DNA from: Ranitomeya imitator | Lineage: Eukaryota | DNA length: 64,000 nt | Assembly: GCF_032444005.1 (NCBI RefSeq) | Contig: NC_091284.1 | Location: 535,308,001 to 535,372,000, forward strand | Direction of reading: 5' to 3' | In this document: piece after piece, positions 12,885 through 24,318 of the stretch | How positions within the stretch are numbered: position 1 is the first letter of the stretch | How the letters are laid out: every line of letters begins with the position of its first letter | The notes under the pieces: model-generated | Told to the model about the DNA's origin: nothing | The model's input: only the letters and a program-made list of their open reading frames with translations | The model's database searches: none | Position numbers and translations under genes: made by a program

Positions 12885-14006
12885 TTTAGGCGAACCCACC
12901 ATAGCACTTTTTTTACAGTATTGGTCACCGATAGTTTTTTGAAAGATTTTCCCATAGTTTTTGTGATGTCTTTTGGATGGCTTTTTGGCAGACATGTGAG
13001 GATTTTTTTAAAATTTTTCTTTGGATACTAATAAATGGGTAAAAGAGGGTAGGGGAGTTTATATTTCAAATAAAGGATTTTGTGTGTTTATCTCAATTAA
13101 AGGACTTTATTTTGCATTTGTCTTTATTACTTTTCACTATGGGGTTAGTAATTGGGGTGCCTCTCCATTACTAACCCCTGGGCTTGATGTTAGCTGATAT
13201 TACAAAGCTGACATCAACCTCAATACTATTACCCCACTTGCTACCGCACCAGGCAAAGTGGGAACAGCGGAGGCTAAGTGCCAGAACTGGAGCATCCAAT
13301 GAATGCACAAGTTCTGGGGCGGCTGAGGGCTGATGTGCCTTGTCTGGGAGGGGGCAAATATCCATGGCCACTTCCTAGGCTACTAATATCTACCAGGACC
13401 TTTCTGCCTAGCCTTTGCTGGCTATTAAAAAAAGGGGGACCCCATGTCCTTTTTTGAGGGTCACTTCTTGTTAATAACCAGAAAAGGCTAAGTAGGCAGC
13501 TTTGAGCTGATATTAGTCGCCAGGGAAGCTCCATGCTTATTAACCCCTTCCCAGACAATAAACATCAGCTCCTAGCTGTTGGCTTTCCCTCAGCAGGTAA
13601 AGAAAATTCGGGGGGCTCTAAGCCATTTTTGTCTTTCATTTATTTTATTACTCGCTAAATACATGTACATTAAGCTATACATGCACTGACTAATTATATA
13701 TCTTACTGACATATTTCTATCTATCTACATCTGTATATAAGATTGTTTTATTAGTTCGAAAACTAGATTGAAATGACAGAAGTAACATATGTAAAATCTG
13801 TGATAAAAATCCTTTTATAAGGATTGCATAAGCATGTCATAAGGATGCTAGGTGAGAGAAAAAATGCACACTCACATAGCATTCACATGGCATACGGTTA
13901 CTAGGTGAGATTAGTTGAGAAAAAAAAACACATGACTCCTGACATTCTCACTTTTCTAGCTGAGAATCTCAGCTACTTTTTATAAGCAGATGTGAGCGTA
14001 CACTTA

Positions 14007-15290
14007 CCGTATATACTCGAGTATAAGCCGACCCGAGTATAAGCCGACCCCCTAATTTTGCCACAAAAAACTTATTGACTAGAGTATAAGCCTAGGGTGG
14101 AAAATGCAGCAGCTACCGGTGAATTTCAAAAATAAAAATAGATGCTCCATACCGTTCATTATGGCCCCATAGATGCTCCATATAAAGTTGTGCCCCATAT
14201 AATGCTCTGCACCGTTCATTGTTGCCCCATAGATGTTCCATATAAAGCTGTGCCATATAGAATGCTCTGCACCGTTCATTATTGCCCCGTAGATGTGCCA
14301 TATAAAGTTGTGCCATATAGAATGCTCTGCACCGTTCATTATTGCCCCATAGATGTGCCATAGAAAGCTGTGCCCCATATAGAATGCTCTGCACCATTCA
14401 TTATTGCCCCATAGATGTGCCATAGAAAGCTGTGCCATATAGAATGCTCTGCACCGTTCATTATTGCCCCATAGATGTGCCATAGAAAGCTGTGCCATAT
14501 AGAATGCTCTGCACTTTTCATTATTACCCCATAGATGTGCCATAGAAAGCTGTGCCCCATATAGATTGCTCTGCACTGTTCATTATTGCCCCATAGATGT
14601 GCCATAGAAAGCTGTGCTATATAGAATGCTCTGCACCGTTCATTATTGCCCCATAGATGTGCCATAGAAAGCTGTGCCATTGCTGCTGCTGCAGTAAAAA
14701 AAAAATGCCATACTCACCTCTCTTGTTGCCTGCAGCTCCTCAGTGTCCCGTCTCGGCGTCTCTCGGCACTGACTGTTCAGGCAGAGGGCGGCGCGCACAC
14801 TAGTACGTCATCGCCCCCTCTGACCTGAACAGTCAGATCCAGAGGACGGGAAGACTGAGCGGCGCCCGGCGGGTGGAACGCGGACAGGTGAATATGTAAT
14901 ACTCACCTGCTCCCGGCGTCCCTGGCTCCTTCTCCCGGACAGCTGGTCTCCGGGTGCCGAAGCCTCTTCCTCTATCAGCGGTCACCGTTACCACTCATTA
15001 GAGAAATGAATATGCGGCTCCACCCCTATGGGAGTGGAGTCCATATTCATTACTTTAATGAGTGGTCCCACGTGACCGCTGAACAGGGGAAGAAGGTGCC
15101 GGCTCCTGAACACCGTGGGACAGGCACGGGGAGCGCCAGGAGCCCCTGAAGCAGGTAAGTATGCCTCAGACCTCTCTCCCCCTCACTCGCCGACCCTGCC
15201 GCCGACCGTGACTCGAGTATAAGCCAAGAGGGGCACTTTCAGCCCAAAAATTTGGGCTGAAAATCTCGGCTTATACTCAAGTATATACTG
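14007..15290. mobile_element. Tc1/mariner (Tc2/pogo-like) non-autonomous element containing a ~60-bp tandem array (14135-14680)
   Basis: TA TSD at 14005-14006 and 15291-15292. TIR CCGTATATACTCGAGTATAAGCCGA versus TCGGCTTATACTCAAGTATATACTG. About nine copies of atagatgtgccatagaaagctgtgcc...cattattgcccc. Confidence 0.85.
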
Positions 15291-16159
15291 TACTTTAAAG
15301 GTAGGTGCACTTGACCTTTTTCGCTCTGTTAGAGAAAAATGGTTCATGTATTCTGATCAGACTCTGATCAGAGTTTGATGATGTCAGTTTTTCTCAGAGG
15401 TAGAGAGAAAAATTTTTAAAAATCTTCACCCTCTCCATTCTGGCAGAACATGGAAATTGGACCTCAATTGGATGACATCCAAGTGGAGTTCCATTTTCTT
15501 TGTACTTGCATGGCTGAATGTGATCCAACTGAAAAATTGGATATGTGCACATCCCCATTGAATATCATGGGTATGAGTGCTATCCATGAACACCACGGAT
15601 AGCAATCATTCAATATAACCTGTTTTGTGCACAATCCCTAATAGAAGCGTTTGAGGGCTTATTTTTGTTTGATGAATTGAAATTTTTATTAATACTATTT
15701 ATGGGCAAGAACAAATGGATGAACAAAAAATAGCAATTCTGGCATTGGTCTCACTTTTTTTACAGTGTGGGGTTTTAGCAGAGAGATTCTGAATATTGGT
15801 ACTTCTACTTTTGCTTTTTTTAGTTTCTTTCTATTTGCTTTTAACTGATAGCTGTCCTTTCAATAAACTGCTTACATCAATAGTACAAGAAAATGTAAGA
15901 TACTTTGTAATATACTTTATCAGAGAACTCTGCCTCTTTGTCCACTTTTGAGCCACTTCTCTCCCAACCTTTGCCTCCTGCACTCATCTTTCACTGTTAG
16001 GCCACACTATATGATGAGTTCTGTCAAAAAAAAAACAGACAGCACACCAAAAACAATCAGACTAATGTTATTTAATGGGGCAAATTTCATGTCTGTAAGG
16101 CTGATTTGACATAACATCAAATAGCGTTGTCAATTGCGCCGAAAATCCACCCATTGGTG

Positions 16160-17139
16160 ATCGCAAGTTATCGATGGGTTGGCATGACAACCAGAGGTCT
16201 CCTGGAGACCTTTATGGTTGTCACTGCCAGATTGCTATGAGTGTCACCTGGTAGTCGGTGCTCATAGCAAGTGGGGTATTTCTGCTCCATGCAGGCGATC
16301 TGATCATCGCCTGCATGTAGCAGAGCCGATCGGGTTATGGCAGCTTCTAGTCTCCCATGGAGACTATTGAAGCATGTCAAAAGTGAAAAAAAATTTTTTT
16401 TAAATATATAAAAGTTTAAATCATCCCCCTTTCGCCCCATTCAAAATAAAGCAATAAAAAAAAATCAAACATTCACATATTTGGTATAGCTGCCTTCAGA
16501 ATAGCCCCATTTTTATCAGTAAAAAAAAGTTTTGACCTGATCACTAAACGCATAGAAAAACAAAATCAAAACGCCAGAATTATGTTTATTTGATCGCCGC
16601 AGTATTATATTAAAATGCAATAACGGGCGATCAAAAGATCATATCTGCACCAAAATGGTATCATTAAAAACATCAGCTCGGCACGCAAAAAATAAGCCCT
16701 CACATGACCCGAGATAACGAAAAGTGGAGACGCTACGGGTATCGGAAAATGGTACATTTTTAAACAAAGTTTGGAATTTTTTTCACCACTCAAATGTCAA
16801 AGAACTTACATAGGTTTGGTGTCTATGAACTCGTAATGACCCGGAGAATCATAATAGCAGGTCAGTTATAGTATTTAGTCAACCTAATAAAAACTCAAAA
16901 CAAAAACAACTGTGGGATTGCACTTTTTTTGCAATTTCACTGTACTTTGAATTTTTTTCCTGTTTTCCAGGACACAATATGTTAATATCAATGGTGTCGT
17001 TCAAAAGTACAATGCTTTCCACAAAAAACAAGCCCTCACATGGCCATATTGTTGGAAAATTTAAAAAGTTATGTTTCTGGAAAGAAGGGAGCAAAAAAAC
17101 GAAAACGCAAAACCAAAAATACCTACGATCATGAAGGGG
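16160..17139 (+). mobile_element. Right end of a non-autonomous piggyBac-type element
   Basis: Ends AAGGGG followed by TTAA (17140-17143), the complement of the TTAA-CCCCTT terminus type. Left boundary approximate. Confidence 0.6.
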
Positions 17140-18519
17140 TTAATTTGCCTAGGGTCCAGCAACAAGTTATAAGATGTAGCTGTCACAAAGGAAATTTTTG
17201 ATGTACTGATGTTCAATTAATTGACTGTACTTGCTGCTAATTATCTGGCAGGTTTTGGCAGCTTTGGTTTGCCTAAATGTCACCTTGCCTTCTAATAATT
17301 GTCATTAAACAGCCTATCTTGGAGTGGAATGCTTGTATGCAATTTTTCATTTTTTTTGTCATTTAGTTGTATTTATTGGTTATTAGAAACAATGAAAAAG
17401 ATTCATGAGAACCATGGTCTGGCATCCACGTTGGTAGTTCACAGCTGGACCAAGGCAGTGCCAATTTCCTTTGCCAGTGGTCGAATACTGGCTCTTGAGA
17501 CGTTATGATGATTTTCTGCTGTTTGCTTGTTGCAATCTTGTAGGTCAAAAAGCTACCCCATTAGGATGCAATGGAGCAGTGGCATACTGCATTTTTTGGC
17601 TGTGTCACCTGGGTACCTTGCAAAGTTGCCATGCAGCTCAAACATCAATTTTCATTTAGATACATTTACCAACTTCTATTGTTCATAGAAAAACCTCTTT
17701 AAGAAATCAGATATACAGTCTAACAAATATTAATTTTGGTATAAAACCAATAGGATGATAACAAAGAACAAAATCATGTGTATCTTGGATCACATTTTCT
17801 CATCCAGGAACAAACAACATAATTAAAAATATAGTTTGCAAGATCAAAGCAATTACAGCTAGCCATGTTACAGCAATCCATCTGCACTCATCTGCCAATA
17901 TACATTAAGTCTGCCAAGCACTTTTTGGCTCATCACTTTCTGCATTTTGTAAGTTCATTTAATTAGTTCCATTTCAATGGACAAATTCTCTGCTTAAGTC
18001 TTGAAATCAACATTGCCGATTCAGTTCCATATTGCTACACCTAGCTATTTAGATTAAACACCCTTTTATACAATTAACCTCGATGAAATAATCCAAATCT
18101 GTAGCACATTATGTTTAATAACTAAAATAAGAAAATACATGAACATCATATGAAACACATGTTTCTACAATATAAAAATGATATGACTCCCATCTCTTCT
18201 TACCGTTAACATCCATCTATTTCACATAATTTGCTCTCAGTGAAGGCCGTTGACTCTGTCCAAGAACATCAATAGAGTCAGCAAATCATGTTATAGCAAA
18301 GAAGTCAGTATCCTAGGAACTATGCTGTATTGATCCGCTATTCCAAATAAAAGATCATGACTAAAGAAATCTGGATAAAAAAGAAGAGATGCGTGCGTGT
18401 GTGTATATGTTATGCATGTCCTTGACCCACAACAGGGGAAGGACATGCACACCAGGTGCAACTTGGGGGGAGGGGGGATAGCCATTAACTGGGCCATTTC
18501 CATGAAACAGTCATGCAAG

Positions 18520-18800
18520 GGCTATCTATGAGTGTAAATATGATGAGGAGGGTGAAGATGACTAAGATGGTGAAGGGCTACTTAAATGACTATGCCAGCA
18601 TCCTTCCTGATTCTTCTGTGCCTTTTAACTATTGGTTTCCAAGCTGCACACTTGGCCCAACCAAGACTTGGAGGTGCTGGCATGCCCTGCCACAAGTGTG
18701 ATGTTTGAGCGGGTTTTTATTTCGGTAGGTGCAATCATAATGGATAGGTGCACAAAACTGTCAACTGAAAATGCAGTCAAGCTAACTTTTCTAATATTAT
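18520..18800 (+). pseudogene. hAT transposase C-terminal dimerization domain relic
   Basis: Frameshifted translation ...VPFNYW/VSKLHTWP..LEVLACPATSVMFERVFISVGAIIMDRCTKLSTENAVKLTFL matches the hAT dimerization motif (LACPAxSVxSERVFS). Confidence 0.85.
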
Positions 18801-18875
18801 TATTATTATTATTATTATTCATTTTTGAACAAGGGCTGGATTTCCTCCGACTTTGTAAGCCTTATGGATGACAGC

Positions 18876-19629
18876 TGTTGTGAATTCAGCTTTTGGGCTC
18901 CCTCCGGTGGTTGTAGAGGGTAATGCAGTTGTGCCTGGACCACAGGACAGGTGTATCTACTAATTGCAAAACTGACTGGGGTATATAGCTTTGTTGGATC
19001 CTTTAGTCAGTGCCAGTTGTCCATTGTTCTTGAAGGATTCACTTCCCTGCTGGTCTCTCCAGTTTGCTGTGTTTTTCTACAAAGATAAGTCCTGGCTTTG
19101 TTTTTGCAGTCCATCTGCAGTGGACCTTATAGTTCTGTGCATTTTCATGTTTTTGTCTTGTCCAGCTTGGTTTGTGAAGGATTTTTTGCAGCCTAGCTAT
19201 TTCTCTGGAGATGCAGATATACCCCCCATGTCTTTAGTCAGATGTGGTGATCCGTATTTTCTGCGGTGGATATTTTCTAGTGTTTTTATACTGACCGCAT
19301 TGTACTCTGTTCTATTCTTTCTTTTTAGCTAGTATGGCCTCCTATGCTAAAATCTGATTTCATATCTACGTATGTTATTTCCCTCTCCTCTCACAGTCAA
19401 TATTTCTGGGGGGGCTATCTATACTTTGGGGATTTTCTCTGAGGCAAGATAGGTTTCCTGTTTCTGTCTTTAGGGGTAGTTAGATCTTAGGCTGTGGGGT
19501 CTAGGGAGCGTTAGGTACCCCCCACGGCTACTTTTAGTTGCACTGCTAGGTTCAGGGTTTGCGGTCAGTACAGGGACCACCTTCTCCAGAGTACGTCTCA
19601 TGCTGCTCCAAGGCCACCAGATCATAACA
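18876..19629 (+). repeat. Gypsy A 5' LTR
   Basis: TG...CA termini, TATATA at 18982, matches the split 3' LTR. Confidence 0.95.
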
Positions 19630-22388
19630 GTACAACTGGCCAACAATGAGTTAATTGCATCTCAGAAGAAGGGTGGAAAGATTTTGAGCCATTTTTTTTC
19701 CTTAGCCTGTTTGGTCTGTTCCTCCCTCTTTACCTCTGGGTGGCTACGGAGTCTAGTATTAACATGAATGTCCAGGAGTTAGTTTCTCGGGTGGATCAGC
19801 TTGCTGCTGGGGTACAGGGTATTTGAGATTTCATTGTTCAGACTCCTGCCTTAGAGCCTAAGATTCCCACTCCTGATTTATTCTTTGGTGACAGATCCAA
19901 ATTTTTGAGTTTCAAAAATAACTTTAAACTGTTTTTTGCATTAAGACCCCGGTCTCCTTGTGATCCTATTCAGCGGGTTAAAATCATCATATCTCTGCTG
20001 CGTGGTGACCCACAGGATTGGGCATTTTCCCTGGAATCTGGCAATCCTGCTTTGCTTAATGTTGATTCGTTCTTTCAGGCATTGGGGTTGTTGTATGATG
20101 AGCCTAATTCTGTGGATCAGGCTGAGAAAATCTTGTTAGCCCTGTGTCAAGGTCAGGAAGCGGCAGAATTGTATTGCCGGAAATTTAGAAAATGTCTGTA
20201 TTGACTAAATGGAATGAGGATGCCTTGGCGGCAATTTTCAGAAAGGGTCTTTCTGAATCCGTTAAAGATGTTATGGTGGGGTTCTCCACGCCTGCTGGTC
20301 TGAGTGATTCTATGTCTCTGGCCATTCAGATTGATCGGCGCTTGCGTGAGCGCAGAATTGTGCACACTGTGGTGTTGTCCTTTGAGCTGAGCCCTGAGCC
20401 TATGCAGTGTGATAGGATTTTGTCTAGAGCTGAACGTCAAACATTCAGGCGTCAGAATAGGTTGTGTTTTTACTGCGGCGATTCTGCTCATGTTATTTCT
20501 GATTGCACTAAGCGTACTAAGAGAATCGCTAGTTCTGTTGCCATCAGTACTATACAACCTAAATTTCTGTTATCTGTGACCTTGATCTGCTCATTATCAT
20601 CATTTTCTGTCATGGCATTTGTGGATTCAGGCGCCGCTCTGAACTTAATGGACTTAGAATTTGCCCGACGTTGTGGTTTTCCCTTGCAGCCTTTGCAGAA
20701 CCCTATTCCTTTGAGGGGCATTGATGCTACACCGTTGGCTAAAAATAAACCTCAGTTTAGGACACAGCTGACCATGCGCATGGCGCCAGCCCATCAGGAA
20801 GATTGTCGTTTTCTGGTGTTGCATAATTTGCATGATGATATTGTGCTGGGTTTTCCATGGTTGCAGCTACATAATCCGGTGTTAGATTGGAAATCCATGT
20901 CTGTGACTAGTTGGGATTGTCAGGGGGTTCATGATCAGGTTCCTTTGATGTCGATCTCCTCTCTCCCCTCTTCTGAAGTTCCTGAGTTTTTGTCTGACTT
21001 CCAGGATGTATTTGATGAGCCCAAATCCAGTTCCCTTCCACCGCATAGGGACTGTGATTGTGCTATTGATTTGATTCCAGGTTGTAAGTTCCCTAAGGGC
21101 CGACTTTTCAACCTGTCTGTGCCTGAACATACCGCCATGCGGAGCTATATTAAGGAGTCTTTGGAGAAAGGGCATATTCGGCCATCTTCTTCACCGTTGG
21201 GAGCGGGGTTCTTTTTTGTTGCCAAGAAGGATGGCTCCTTGAGACCCTGTATTGATTATCGCCTCTTGAATAAGATCACGGTTAAATTTCAATACCCCTT
21301 GCCTTTGCTTACTGATTTGTTTGCTCGGATTAAGGGGGCTAGCTGGTTTACTAAGATTGACCTTCGAGGGGCATATAATCTTATTCGTATCAAGCAGGGT
21401 GACGAATGGAAAACTGCATTTAATACGCCCGAAGGCCATTTTGCATACCTTGTGATGCCATTCGGACTCTCTAATGCCCCATCTGTGTTCCAATCCTTCA
21501 TGCATGATATCTTTCGGAGTTATCTTGATAAATTCATGGTTGTATATTTGGATGATATTTTGATTTTTTCCAATGATTGGGAGTCTCATGTGAAACAGGT
21601 CAGGATGGTATTTCAGATCCTCCGTAATAATGCTTTGTTTGTGAAGGGGTCAAAGTGCCTCTTTGGAGTGCAGAAGGTTTCTTTTTTGGGTTTCATTTTT
21701 TCTCCCTCATCTATAGAAATGGATCCGGTTAAGGTTCAGGCCATTCATGATTGGATTCAGCCCACATCTGTGAAGAGCCTTCAGAAATTCTTGGGCTTTG
21801 CTAATTTTTATCGTCGTTTCATTGCCAACTTCTCCAGTGTGGTTAAACCTCTAACCGATTTGACTAAGAAAGGCGCTGATGTGACGAATTGGTCCTCCGC
21901 GGCTGTTTCTGCCTTTCAGGAGCTTAAACGCCAATTTACTTCTGCCCCTGTGTTGCATCAGCCAGATGTTTCTCTTCCATTTCAGGTTGAGGTTGACGCG
22001 TCTGAGATTGGGGCAGGGGCCGTTTTGTCTCAGAGGAATTCTGATGGTTCCTTGATGAAACCATGTGCCTTCTTTTCTCGGAAGTTTTTGCCTGCTGAAC
22101 GCAATTATGATGTCGGCAATCGGGAGTTGTTTTACTATGAAGTGGGCATTTGAGGAGTGGCGACATTGGCTTGAGGGGGCCAAGCACCGTATTGTGGTCC
22201 TAACCGATCATAAGAATCTGATTTACCTCGATAAATCAAGTGTAGATGACGGACAGCACTCCCTTACTTGGGCGCTCGTTCCATATCCAGGGAACCCACC
22301 TGGGTAACACGTCACAGTCTGCACAAAGGAACAGCGCTCCACCGGGTGTATCGATAAAAATAAATCCTTTATTTAGCCATAGAACAAA

Positions 22389-22424
22389 AGCGACGTTTCG
22401 ACCATATGCTGGTCTTTTTCAAGC
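22389..22424 (-). ncRNA. Minimal hammerhead ribozyme motif, U3-A8 core variant
   Basis: GC-TTGAAAA-A-GACCA(gcata)TGGTC-GAA-ACGT-C^GC: 5-bp stem II, palindromic stem III, GUC cleavage triplet. Stem I is weak. Confidence 0.7.
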
Positions 22425-23568
22425 ATACAAACATGGCTGACAGGCGGTCTTAAATATCGTGGAGCCAATCGCTACCAAGTACCGCCCATCTCACAATATA
22501 AATCAACATTATGTAAACATATATAAAATAGACATCAGGCATTATAATATACATATAGATAAAGTAACATTCATTCCCTTCACAATACCAGTGAAAAACG
22601 ATCACTTAAAGCACTAAAACCCAATATTTGTTTATACTTTAGCTCTCCTCGATCTCACCGCCTGTATACGTTGCCATAGTGAACAACACTTCCTGTATGT
22701 GACTAGCACACGTACCGCACTTAGCATAGCCAATCTCATTTGGTCTAACATAAAGCATCTAACATTAGCCAATCGTATGATCTCTTATACTCACATATCA
22801 CTACCGGTATCCACCAACGCTATGATTACTAACCATGTCTGAAGGCAGTGGGGCGCAGGCACAGCCACGTCAGAGCAGGGCCGCGCCTCATCACATGATC
22901 CGACAGAGGCCGTGCCCGGAAGTGACGACAGCCATTGCCGCACCTCCACACATCCCCAGGCCAGGCAGATCACCACGGAGACGTGGATAAACATCACCAC
23001 GTTATCCCTCGGCCCCGCCTCCCCAGTCAGTCCCGGAGAAGGAGTCCAGGTACTAGCGCAGTGCGTGTGGACTGAAACTAACCACACGCAAAGCACAACT
23101 GCGCCTACACTACCCACATCCCGCACCGACTAGCAGGTCAGGAGCTCAAGAAAGATGTATTTATAATAAGGCTTATTCAGGAGACATTATATAGAGATCA
23201 CCGATACACAATATATTCCAATTAAATCCCATATGGGCAAATCAATACATAAGTGCAGATCGCGGAGCAGCAAAATATAACAAATCTATAACCATCTTTG
23301 TGAACATATAATAAAATACATAACAGTCACACTGTGGCAGTCGGGAACTTGAAGAAACTTATTCCTTGAAGATAGAAATATCCTTTATCCATATAAATCA
23401 TCCAATTTAAATATTTCCCAGCATCCTCAACTATATCCATCCACCGACCGTCACACGTGTGCTTGCTATAATAAAAACATAACAAACACCCAAGATATTA
23501 AAAACATGATGAGCAACGCATATGGAAAGAAAAAGGAAAAAACCATAATATCATTAAGGGGGGTCCAA

Positions 23569-24318
23569 TCAATAGGTACATCCATGAAGACTGAAATCAA
23601 TGTTCAATCCCCCTGGTTGTAACGAACCTAATGTATAGATCCATTTCATCTCTTTGGTTTTAAGCATTTGCAGCCTATCCCCACCCCTTCTCAAAACAGG
23701 AACATGGTCTATAACCCTAAATCTAAGCTGGTTCACTAAATGTTTCCTATCAATGAAATGTTTTGGGACTGGCAACTCGGTGATTCCCGTTCTTATAGTA
23801 CTTTTATGTTTGGTGATGCGAGCTTTCACCTCCATAGTTGTTTCGCCAATATAGGCGAGTCCACAGGGACAGGTGATCATATAGATAACATAACTGGACA
23901 GACATGTGTATCTCTCCTTTAGATAGAATTTCTTCCCAGTATGAGGATGACAAAAATGGTCCCCCTTCAGCATGTTATTGCAACAAGCACATCCGAGACA
24001 TGGGAAATTCCCATGTTTCGGTGTACTTAATGTTCTCTGAACCACTTTTTTAGAGGACCCAAAATCAGATCTCATCAGTCTATCCCCTAGGTTCTTACCC
24101 CTCCTGTATGACATCATGGGGGGCAATTTAAAACCTGACACCTGTGGCAAACCCCGTTGTAGGAGGGCCCAATGTTTTTTTATTACACCACCAATCCGAT
24201 TACTCACAGAGTTGTAGGTGGAAACAAAAGGAATGCGGTCACAACCGCTTTTGGAGGAGACTTTCTTGCGGACACTATCCCTTGTTGAGTTTCGGGCTTT
24301 AGTTTTAAACGCCTCCAC
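23569..24318 (-). CDS. C-terminal part of PLE1 ORF: Cys-rich linker and GIY-YIG endonuclease
   Basis: CLGCACCNN linker; VIYMITCPCGLAYIGETT...RITKH; ExxWI..L.SLQPGGLN. RT lost by 5' truncation. Confidence 0.9.
   Translation of the reverse strand: MEAFKTKARNSTRDSVRKKVSSKSGCDRIPFVSTYNSVSNRIGGVIKKHWALLQRGLPQVSGFKLPPMMSYRRGKNLGDRLMRSDFGSSKKVVQRTLSTPKHGNFPCLGCACCNNMLKGDHFCHPHTGKKFYLKERYTCLSSYVIYMITCPCGLAYIGETTMEVKARITKHKSTIRTGITELPVPKHFIDRKHLVNQLRFRVIDHVPVLRRGGDRLQMLKTKEMKWIYTLGSLQPGGLNIDFSLHGCTY

Noticed and set aside
14079-14680. Regularly spaced ~60-bp repeats resembling a CRISPR array or repeat protein
   Set aside because: No unique spacers, located inside a TA-flanked MITE, eukaryotic context and no cas genes.
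17300-17660. Possible coding exon in non-repetitive sequence
   Set aside because: Short ORFs on both strands without identifiable motifs.
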